Shown here: piece after piece, positions 48,441-56,270 of the stretch
How the letters are laid out: every line of letters begins with the position of its first letter
How positions within the stretch are numbered: position 1 is the stretch's first letter
From: Candidatus Latescibacterota bacterium
Lineage (GTDB): Bacteria > Latescibacterota > UBA2968 > UBA8231
DNA: 64,000 bases
Direction of reading: 5' to 3'
Assembly: GCA_965242865.1 (NCBI GenBank)
Contig: CBDETK010000013.1
Span: forward strand, 5,344,001 to 5,408,000
Translations under genes and position numbers: made by a program
Notes under the pieces: generated by a model
The model's database searches: none
Told to the model about the DNA's origin: nothing
The model's input: the letters and a program-made list of their open reading frames with translations, nothing else

Positions 48441-49630
48441 TGAAGATCCTAGTCGCCAATTTGGGCAGCACCTCGTTTAAGTACAAGGTCTTTGCCATGC
48501 CCGCAGAAGGGGTCTTGGCGCGGGGCGGCATGGACCGGATCGGCGGGCAAGGCTCGGTCCACACCTTCCAGATCGGCGGGGCCGACGCGGTCGAGCAAGC
48601 CGTGGATTTGCCCGACCACGCCGGCGCGATTGACGAGGCCCTCGCCCGCTTGGCCGAGGGCGGGGTGTTGGAATCGGTGGAGGCGTTAGGCGCGGTGGGG
48701 TTTAAGGCTGTCCACGCCCGCGCTATTTCTGGGGTGGTCGAGCTCGACGCGGATGTGGTCCGGCGGATGGAGGACTTTTACCCGCTGGCACCGGCGCACA
48801 ATCCCGCTTATGTCGCGGCGATCCGGCAGTTTGCGCGGGTGGCCCCCAAGGCGCGGCGGGTCGGGTGCTTTGAGACGGCGTTCCACAGCGCGATGCCGCC
48901 GCGGCGCAAGCTGTACGCCGTGCCCTACGCTTGGTACGAACAGTACGGCATCCAGCGCTACGGCTTCCACGGGGCCAGCCACCGCTACGCCGCAGAGAAG
49001 GTCGCTGAACTGGCCGGCCGCGCCGATCTCAAGCACGTCAACCTGCACTTGGGCGGGTCCTCGTCCGTGTGTGCGATAAAGGACGGAGTCTCGCAGGGGG
49101 CGTCGCACGGGCTTAGCCCGCAGGGCGGCCTGCCGCAAAACAACCGCATTGGCGACTTGGACCCGTACGCGCTGGACTTGGTGATGCGCAACGAGGGCCG
49201 GCCGTGGGACGAGGTGTTGGCGCAGTGTGCCAGCGAGGGCGGCCTGTGGGGATTATGCGGGCACAGCGACATGCGCGACATTGAAGCGGGCGCGGCCAGC
49301 GGCGACGAGCGCTGTGCCTTGGCCATTGCCGTGCTGGCGACGTCGGCGCGCGACTGGCTGGGGGGGTTTGTGGTGGAACTGGGCGGACTGGACGCGATCA
49401 GCTTTACCGGCGGCATGGGCGAGCACTCGGCGGTCGTGCGCGGCGAAATCCTGCGCGACTTGGAATTTTTGGGGGTGGTGCTGGATGCGGCCAAAAATGA
49501 GAACGTCCGGGGCGAGGGCCGCTTACACGCCGCGGCGAGCCGCGTGCAGATCCACGCGCTACGCACCGACGAGGAGCTGGTGGTGGCGCGGCAGACGTGG
49601 GAGTTTTTGCGGGGGACGAGGGAAGCGTAG
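48440..49630 (+). CDS. Acetate/propionate kinase family protein (divergent)
   Basis: ANLGSTSFKY, LAPAHNP, FETAFH, RYGFHGASH, LHLGG, FTGGMGE, TDEEL; TAATG coupling. Confidence 0.88.
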   Translation: MKILVANLGSTSFKYKVFAMPAEGVLARGGMDRIGGQGSVHTFQIGGADAVEQAVDLPDHAGAIDEALARLAEGGVLESVEALGAVGFKAVHARAISGVVELDADVVRRMEDFYPLAPAHNPAYVAAIRQFARVAPKARRVGCFETAFHSAMPPRRKLYAVPYAWYEQYGIQRYGFHGASHRYAAEKVAELAGRADLKHVNLHLGGSSSVCAIKDGVSQGASHGLSPQGGLPQNNRIGDLDPYALDLVMRNEGRPWDEVLAQCASEGGLWGLCGHSDMRDIEAGAASGDERCALAIAVLATSARDWLGGFVVELGGLDAISFTGGMGEHSAVVRGEILRDLEFLGVVLDAAKNENVRGEGRLHAAASRVQIHALRTDEELVVARQTWEFLRGTREA

Positions 49631-49663
49631 CGGCGGTTGCTGCAAGATAAAGGAGGTGTGCTT

Positions 49664-50956
49664 GTGAAGCTGAAATCTGTGGACATTGAAAACTACCGCG
49701 CCATTGAGCAGATCTCGTTGACGCTCGACCCGTCGCTGACGGTGTTGCACGGCAGCAATGGGTGCGGCAAGACGAGCGTTTTGAGCGCGATTGCGGTGGG
49801 GTTGGGGAGTGAGGGTCTGCTCGGATCATTTCTCGATACATTCATTGATTTTTGCGAGGGGGATTGGCGCGAGGACGCTGGGGAGCCGCGGGTATCACTC
49901 ACTGACATGAACGAAAATGTTTGGGACCGACAAGGGACTAGGTCGGTGGTTGAGCGGGAGAGGATGGAGCAATGGAGGTTGAGCCACCGGGAGCGTCTGG
50001 AGAAGGGACTAGTAGAGAACAGCCATGCAGAGAAGAACGATATGCCGATTGGTGTCCTTTATGGTACGGATCGGACGGTCTCAGGTATGCCGGAATCAGT
50101 GCTGCGTCATCCACCACCACGCCTAGTTCCTCGGTTAGACGCGCTGAAGGGGGCACTCGCCGCTCGCACGAACTTTGAAGGTCTCCTGACTTGGTTCTAT
50201 TTCAAGGAGATAGAGGAGTTGAGGAAACGGAGTGCCCTCCGCGATTTAGATTATCAGTTAAAGGATGTATCTGTGGTTCGCCAAGCGATCACGTCCATGC
50301 TCCCAGAAGTGTCCGATCTGCGTACCGAGTCGAATCCGCTCCGTTTTGTGGTGTCTGTTAGATCGGAGCAGGGACAGGTAGAAAGGCTCTCGCTTGACCA
50401 ATTGAGCGGCGGCTATCGCATTATGCTGGCACTGGCGGCCGATCTGGCGCGGCGGATGGTGCAGAGCAATCCGCACTTGGACGATCCGCTCAAATCCGAG
50501 GCGATTGTGCTAATTGACGAAATAGAGCTACACCTGCATCCGGCTTGGCAGCAACGCATTTTGGCCGATCTGCGGCGGACGTTCCCCAACGCGCAGTTTA
50601 TCGTCTCTACCCACAGCCCGCAGGTGCTGACTACGGTCGAGCCGCAACGCATTGTGGAGCTTGTGCGCGAAGGCGACCGCATTATTGCCGGGGCACCGGC
50701 AGGGGCGACTTATGGGGCCGAGGCGGGGGATGTGCTTTCGGTGGTGATGGGCGTGAAAGAACGGCCCGAGAACGAGTTCACCAAAGCACTGGAACAATAT
50801 CGGCGTCTGGTCAGCGAGGGTGAGGGAGAGTCCGAAGAAGCCTTGATGCTCAGGAGTAAGCTCGAAAAGCTCTCGCCCCGCGATTACGCTCTTACCAGAG
50901 CCAAGCTCGAAATCCGGCGACGCAAGCTATTCAAGCAGATGGCCGAGTCGCAGTGA
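49664..50956 (+). CDS. ABC-type AAA ATPase, Septu PtuA-like
   Basis: IENYRAI, Walker A GSNGCGKT, LSGGY, IVLIDEIELHLHP.WQ, STHSP; AGGAGG RBS. Confidence 0.85.
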   Translation: MKLKSVDIENYRAIEQISLTLDPSLTVLHGSNGCGKTSVLSAIAVGLGSEGLLGSFLDTFIDFCEGDWREDAGEPRVSLTDMNENVWDRQGTRSVVERERMEQWRLSHRERLEKGLVENSHAEKNDMPIGVLYGTDRTVSGMPESVLRHPPPRLVPRLDALKGALAARTNFEGLLTWFYFKEIEELRKRSALRDLDYQLKDVSVVRQAITSMLPEVSDLRTESNPLRFVVSVRSEQGQVERLSLDQLSGGYRIMLALAADLARRMVQSNPHLDDPLKSEAIVLIDEIELHLHPAWQQRILADLRRTFPNAQFIVSTHSPQVLTTVEPQRIVELVREGDRIIAGAPAGATYGAEAGDVLSVVMGVKERPENEFTKALEQYRRLVSEGEGESEEALMLRSKLEKLSPRDYALTRAKLEIRRRKLFKQMAESQ

Positions 50957-51711
50957 AGGCTATCCGCGAGTTGGACGAGCCCACTCCCGGCCTTGCCGAA
51001 TATGTCGATGCTGTAGGCGACGACGCGACTTGGAACGGATTCCGCGACCACAACGCTGGTGCATCCTACAACGAACTCATTGAAAGGTTGATCGATGTTC
51101 AGCGCGGATTGTGCGGCTACTGCGAGATTGATCTTATAGAGCTAGATCGCCAGATTGAGCACGTTATTCCGCGAAGCGATCCTCAGCAAGGAGCATCAAA
51201 AGAGGTGGACTTCACCAACATGATCGCTTGCTGCAAAGGCGGGACATCGCTCGTGTTTGCTCCCTCTGAAAAAAGCAGCGATGAAGCTCGGTATCGCGAT
51301 CCAGTAAAGGATAACAGGAGCTGTGGTCAGGCGAAGGGAAACCGCAGTGACGCGGACTTTTTAGATCCTCGGAATTTGCCCGCGCTACCGTCGCTTACAA
51401 AGGTGCTTGTTGATGGTCGGATCGAGGTAGATGAGGAAGCCTGCAAATCGGAAGGTATTCCCGTCGCTCGCGTGACCCGCACCATTGAGATCCTGAACCT
51501 CAACGCGGAACGGCTTAGGGCGGCGCGGGAGATGCACTGGAAGGCTCTCGAGGAAGAGGCGGACCAAATTTCGGATATTGATTCTTGGATGCGCTCCGTA
51601 CTGATGCCAGATGACGCCGACCGATTGGTCACCTTCTTCACGACAGCCCGGTCGTATTTCGGCCCACTCGCCGAGCGCGTCCTCGAACAACAACCGCAAG
51701 CGTGGATATGA
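50953..51711 (+). CDS. HNH endonuclease, PtuB/TIGR02646-like
   Basis: Q.GLCGYCE, IEHVIPRS, NMIACC, CGQAK, TIEILNLN; GTGA overlap. Confidence 0.85.
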   Translation: MKAIRELDEPTPGLAEYVDAVGDDATWNGFRDHNAGASYNELIERLIDVQRGLCGYCEIDLIELDRQIEHVIPRSDPQQGASKEVDFTNMIACCKGGTSLVFAPSEKSSDEARYRDPVKDNRSCGQAKGNRSDADFLDPRNLPALPSLTKVLVDGRIEVDEEACKSEGIPVARVTRTIEILNLNAERLRAAREMHWKALEEEADQISDIDSWMRSVLMPDDADRLVTFFTTARSYFGPLAERVLEQQPQAWI

Positions 51712-51874
51712 GGGATGTCTGGCCTTCGTCCAATTGAGCAATAGCTGTCGATTGTCGAGCCTAAGCATTACGTAAAAACAACGATAGAGCACTCCCATTG
51801 AGCCGAGTGCTCGTTTACGTGCTGCACACCGACGAGAAACTGGTGGCGCGGCAGCCGTGGAAGTTTTTGAGCCT

Positions 51875-52340
51875 ATGAATACACCTACGATATTCGAGAC
51901 CTGTCACCCGAGAGCAGATGTGCTCCAAGGGGCCATCTCCGAGGCCGATTTTGCGGCGGATTTGGCCCAAGTCACCGTCGGGACCGGAAGCGCAGAGTAC
52001 GTTGATCCGGTGCGGTTTTTTGCCCACACCTATCCGACGCGGGGCTTGAAGAACTTACTCGCCAACGTCATGCGTCGGTTGAGTGGCCAGAGTGGAGACG
52101 CGGCGATCTTTCGTCTTGACACTTCCTACGGCGGCGGCAAGACCCACGGGTTGATCGCGCTAACGCATGCGGCCCGTAGTGCAAGGGATGTGGAGACAAT
52201 GGAGGAATTTGTCGATCCGGCGTTGTTGCCGCCAAAGCGCGTCCGCGTTTGATGCGGCAGAGAAACTCACCGAGCGTCTCGCCAAGTTCACGAGTGGGAT
52301 GGCTCATGTGTCCGCGACGCCGAAGGGTGAGCCCCAATGA
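51875..52340 (+). pseudogene. DUF499-family ATPase, internally deleted
   Basis: IFETC.PR.DVL, FAADL, FF..TYPT.GL, Walker A YGGGKTH then stop at 52252; frame 52251-52340 ends in an ATGA overlap with the next gene. Confidence 0.75.
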
Positions 52341-52831
52341 CGCGCTTGGAGAGGATTGCTCAGATCAAAACGCCGGCATCGGCGCCCCGGTACGAACTGC
52401 GGGTGTGTCGGCACGGGCTAGCCGATAGCGAATACGAAATTTGGCAGATGCCCGCGCCAGCCACGCCGCAGGTCACCTTGGCCCTGCGCGTTGCAGGGCT
52501 TAGAGGCCGCAACCTCGAACTAGTGGAGCACTGGGTGTTGAAGCGGCTCGTGCAATCCGGCCTCAAGCTCGACCACAGCGCAGGTACTGGGAAATGCGGC
52601 TACGCGCTCAGCGAAGACTTGGCCCTGACGTTAGGGCTACTGTTCCGTACGCTGGCTCCGATGCGCAGCCGCGCCAACATGCGGGCGGTGACCGAAGGCA
52701 TTGAGACGATGGGACGCGAGGAAGCCGCCTATTGGTTGGGCATGGCGCTGCATCGCAAACGCCCGCGGCGCGTACTGATGGCACTCCGCGTTCTCTTGAC
52801 GGAAGGGCGAACAGGGCGGATTATCTCGTGA
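52337..52831 (+). CDS. Small DUF499-associated protein (DUF3780-like position)
   Basis: LGLLFRTLAPMRS...MGREEAAYWLGMA...RVLMALRVLL; coupled to DUF499 relic. Confidence 0.65.
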   Translation: MTRLERIAQIKTPASAPRYELRVCRHGLADSEYEIWQMPAPATPQVTLALRVAGLRGRNLELVEHWVLKRLVQSGLKLDHSAGTGKCGYALSEDLALTLGLLFRTLAPMRSRANMRAVTEGIETMGREEAAYWLGMALHRKRPRRVLMALRVLLTEGRTGRIIS

Positions 52832-52888
52832 ACTGGATTCGCAACGCTACTGCACACGACCCCGGCTAGGTCGGAGAGGACGGATGAC

Positions 52889-53590
52889 ATGAGAATCGAG
52901 CCGGAAATCAGCGGCGTGAGTGTCGTCTTGCTCGGGGATTTCAACCCGGCGATCTTCACACCTGCTTGGTTCGCGCTGCATGGTCTCCTGCCGGAGGATG
53001 TCGCAGACAATGCCGACTTGCAGGTTGCCCACCAGCAGGTGACAGAATTTGCCGCTGATTGGCTTCACTTGCAGGTCGCGGTTGATAGATTTTCCATCGA
53101 AACATTGCAGGCACCGCACATTCGCCTGCGAGACCTCGTCGTGCGGATCTTCAAAGAGCATCTGCACCATACGCCCCTCAGAGCGTTCGGAATCAACCGT
53201 CAGGTTCATTTTCGAGTAAAAAGTTCGGCTGAGCGGAATCGAATCGACAGGACGCTGGCACCGGTGGAACCGTGGGGAGCTTGGGGGCGGAACCTCGGCC
53301 TTGATGGCGAGTATAACGGGATGAGGTCGCTGACGATGTCGCAAGTCAACCCCGAGGGAAGGCCAACGGGCGGTCAAATCAACGTCACGGTGGAGCCATC
53401 CAACCAGATTCGCAATAGGCGAATCGGAGTGTATGTTAGGGTCAATGATCACTATGCCGGCGACAATGCCGAGTTGGAAACTGCCGAGCGTTTGATGCAA
53501 CTTTTCGAGAGCAGCTTCGATACGTCACTCGAGCGTAGTAATGGTATCATTGATCACATTATGTCCCTAGCCAAGCCAAAGGAGGAATAG
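52889..53590 (+). CDS. Hypothetical protein (cassette gene A, possibly TIGR04255-like)
   Basis: 233 aa, VVLLGDFNPAIFTPAWF, AFGIN, VNDH; GAGG upstream. Confidence 0.65.
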   Translation: MRIEPEISGVSVVLLGDFNPAIFTPAWFALHGLLPEDVADNADLQVAHQQVTEFAADWLHLQVAVDRFSIETLQAPHIRLRDLVVRIFKEHLHHTPLRAFGINRQVHFRVKSSAERNRIDRTLAPVEPWGAWGRNLGLDGEYNGMRSLTMSQVNPEGRPTGGQINVTVEPSNQIRNRRIGVYVRVNDHYAGDNAELETAERLMQLFESSFDTSLERSNGIIDHIMSLAKPKEE

Positions 53591-53593
53591 TTC

Positions 53594-54205
53594 ATGCTGC
53601 AGGTGGCTCAATCCACAGCGGCGCAACATGCCAATCCGCATGAAAGGCTCAGCGATTCCGGTGAGGATGCCGTGCGGGAGGATCCCCTCGTTCAGAATAC
53701 AGACCAAGCTATCGCCTTGGCGTTAGAGCAGAGAACAGGCTCGCCGATAACAGATATACACGACCAAGATACGAAAGAAGGGACCCTGCCGATATTTGCA
53801 GGTCGTGAACAGGACAGCAGTGTTCTCCCCCGGGTTTTGGACTTTCCGCAGCCGCGAGTACGCCGGTCACAGCCCGTGACTCTCCACGCCCTGCAAGAGT
53901 GGGAAGGCTATGTCGTGGAAATAGGCGAAGACGAGTTTGTGGCGAACTTGGTCGATTTGACCGCTGGCATGTCTTATGCAACTGACGAGGCCACCATCCC
54001 GATGGAGGAAATCTCGGAGCATGATGCCGAAAAGATGAGCGAGGGCGACATTTTTCGCTGGGTGATTGGGTACGAACGTTCGGCATCTGGAACGAAACAG
54101 CGCGTCTCTCGGATCGTGTTTCGCGATCTGCCTAGGATGACCGCTGCCGACTTCGAGGAAGGCCGGAAGTGGGCGGAGAAAATCGCGCGATCGCTCAATC
54201 CGTGA
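53594..54205 (+). CDS. Hypothetical protein (cassette gene B, C-terminal beta-rich domain, possibly OB/S1-like)
   Basis: GGAGG RBS, 3 bp after gene A; LQEWEGYVVEI..EFVANL.D....EGDIFRWVIGYE. Confidence 0.65.
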   Translation: MLQVAQSTAAQHANPHERLSDSGEDAVREDPLVQNTDQAIALALEQRTGSPITDIHDQDTKEGTLPIFAGREQDSSVLPRVLDFPQPRVRRSQPVTLHALQEWEGYVVEIGEDEFVANLVDLTAGMSYATDEATIPMEEISEHDAEKMSEGDIFRWVIGYERSASGTKQRVSRIVFRDLPRMTAADFEEGRKWAEKIARSLNP

Positions 54206-55269
54206 CGAGGGCGGAGGGGCCGCCGGGGGATGGCGAGTTTGAGATCACGGTTTTCGGTCCCGGTTATGGAGAAAGCATCGTCCTACATATCGGCAACGGA
54301 GCTTGGGTCCTCATTGACTCCTGCGTTGATGCGAATGGACATCCTCATGCCCTGCGATACTTGAAGAGTATCGGCATTGACCCAGCCTCGACCGTCAGGC
54401 TGATCGTGGCGACTCATTGGCACGACGATCATATCCGCGGGTTGGCGCAGATGGTTGGAACATGTCCCGCAGCCACCTTTTGCTGCGCGGCCGCCCTATG
54501 CAGAAAGGAATTTCTTGCCTTGGTCCAAGCTATCCAAGGCCGTCATCTCTCCGCTGTCGGTTCCGGGTTGCGCGAGATTCACGCGGTGTTTTCGCAGCTT
54601 GACAGCACGGGGAAGAAACCGATACATGCGATCGCCAACCGCGTTGTATTTCAGCGGGAGCCTTGCCGTATCTGGTCGCTTTCGCCCGGCGACGATGTCT
54701 TCCAGCGTTTTCTAGGGGCTGTCGAAGAGACAATCCCCGGACAAGGCAATAACAAGAGACGCATTAAAAGCCTCTCTCCCAACGAAGCCGCCGTTGCACT
54801 CTGGGTTGATGTCGAAGATTTCGCCCTGCTTCTCGGCGCAGACCTCGATAGACGCGGCTGGGTGACCGTTGTGTATGATTCGGAACGCCCGGCAGGCAGG
54901 GCGTCAGTGTTCAAAGTCCCGCATCACGGCTCACAGGACGCTGATGAATCCGCCGTGTGGCAACGAATGCTGGAAACCAATCCTGTTGCCATCCTCACAC
55001 CATGGCGGCGAGGTGGTCGCTCCCTGCCGACTCCTAGCGATGTAAATCGCATTCTCAAGGCCACGCGGAACAGTTACGTTACCAGCGCCGGTTCGATCTC
55101 GCCACACTACAAGGTGGTTGACCGAACTCTGCGGCAATCGGGCGCACACCTTCGACGGCAGACTCCCCATGCCGGAGCGGTTCGTTTACGGCGTCCTCTG
55201 GGGTCAGGCCGGCAATGGACGGTCGACACACTGGGGGACGCCTGCCATCTCGCGGATTATGCGGCCTGA
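54202..55269 (+). CDS. Metallo-beta-lactamase-fold hydrolase, ComEC/Rec2-like (cassette gene C)
   Basis: GPGYGES, LIDS, THWHDDHIRG (HxHxDH), PNE, LLGAD, FKVPHHGS; GTGA overlap. Confidence 0.85.
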   Translation: MTRAEGPPGDGEFEITVFGPGYGESIVLHIGNGAWVLIDSCVDANGHPHALRYLKSIGIDPASTVRLIVATHWHDDHIRGLAQMVGTCPAATFCCAAALCRKEFLALVQAIQGRHLSAVGSGLREIHAVFSQLDSTGKKPIHAIANRVVFQREPCRIWSLSPGDDVFQRFLGAVEETIPGQGNNKRRIKSLSPNEAAVALWVDVEDFALLLGADLDRRGWVTVVYDSERPAGRASVFKVPHHGSQDADESAVWQRMLETNPVAILTPWRRGGRSLPTPSDVNRILKATRNSYVTSAGSISPHYKVVDRTLRQSGAHLRRQTPHAGAVRLRRPLGSGRQWTVDTLGDACHLADYAA

Positions 55270-55276
55270 AGCGGCG

Positions 55277-55393
55277 ATGACTGACACCCGCCTCATACCG
55301 ATTGCCGAACTTGGCGAGGAGAGTACGCACGAGCAGTGCTCCATGACGACACTTCCGCTCGACGCCGATTCCGCGGCGGGGTGCCGACGCTGA
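55277..55393 (+). pseudogene. N-terminal relic of a DUF1156-family adenine methyltransferase
   Basis: MTDTRLI-PIAELGEESTHEQCSMTTLP resembles the recalled DUF1156 N-terminus (RLIE..LP...LGEES.RE); consistent with the DUF499 context. Confidence 0.55.
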
Positions 55394-55460
55394 TGCCGAG
55401 GGGCTCAGCTCTTTTACAAACAACGCTTACAGCAGGTAATACCTGTGGAGGATAAACCCC

Positions 55461-56177
55461 ATGTTCGGAACCATTCGCAATCCGTCCGGCGAAGCGCTGG
55501 ACTACACTTTTCACGCCGGCGCACAGAGCGAGCGGCGCATCGCGGTCTTGGGGCACGGGGTGACCGGCAACAAGGACCGGCCGTTTGTCGTAGCCCTGGC
55601 CGAGGGATTGGCGGCCGCGGGCATTCACGCGCTGCGCTTTTCCTTTGCCGGCAACGGCGCGTCCGAGGGCCGCTTTGCCGACGCGACCATTTCCAAAGAG
55701 GTCGCCGACCTCGGCGCGGTTCTCAGCGTCTTGGACGGCTACTCGGTCTGCTATGTCGGCCACAGCATGGGGGGCGCGGTCGGCGTCTTGAGCCGCGACG
55801 AGCGCATCGACCGGCTCGTCTCCTTGGCGGGCATGGTGCATACGCGCGCCTTTGCCGAGCGCGAGTTCGGCGCGGAAGTGCCCGATGAGGGCTGCATGTG
55901 GGACGACCCCGATTGCCCGCTCTCGCAGGCTTACATGGACGACATGGCTCAGATCGACACCGTGGTTGGGCGCGGGGCCGAAATCGCCGTGCCGTGGCTG
56001 CTGATCCACGGCAGCGAGGACGACGTGGTGCCGATGGCCGACGCGCACGACATCGTCGCCCGAGCCGGTGGCAACGCCGAACTCGTCGTCATCGACGGGG
56101 CGGACCACGTCTTTAGCGAGCATGTGCAGGTAATGGTCGAAAGGGTCGTTGGCTGGCTGCGAGGGCCGTGGGCCTGA
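55461..56177 (+). CDS. Alpha/beta hydrolase
   Basis: GHGVTG, G.GASEG, GHSMGG, IHGSEDDVVP, GADH; GGAGG RBS. Confidence 0.9.
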   Translation: MFGTIRNPSGEALDYTFHAGAQSERRIAVLGHGVTGNKDRPFVVALAEGLAAAGIHALRFSFAGNGASEGRFADATISKEVADLGAVLSVLDGYSVCYVGHSMGGAVGVLSRDERIDRLVSLAGMVHTRAFAEREFGAEVPDEGCMWDDPDCPLSQAYMDDMAQIDTVVGRGAEIAVPWLLIHGSEDDVVPMADAHDIVARAGGNAELVVIDGADHVFSEHVQVMVERVVGWLRGPWA

Positions 56178-56270
56178 GCCGCGCCGCTTGTCTATCAGAG
56201 ATCGCGCTCAACTCCTATCTTTAAGCACCCGGCAATCCGGCCGGCCGCGTGCGATTTGCCCAACGAAGCC

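Noticed and set aside
49664-51860. Retron
   Set aside because: No reverse transcriptase motifs or msr-msd arrangement found in the window
55433-55445. Palindrome CAGGTA-A-TACCTG before the alpha/beta hydrolase
   Set aside because: 6-bp arms, single occurrence, no regulator nearby
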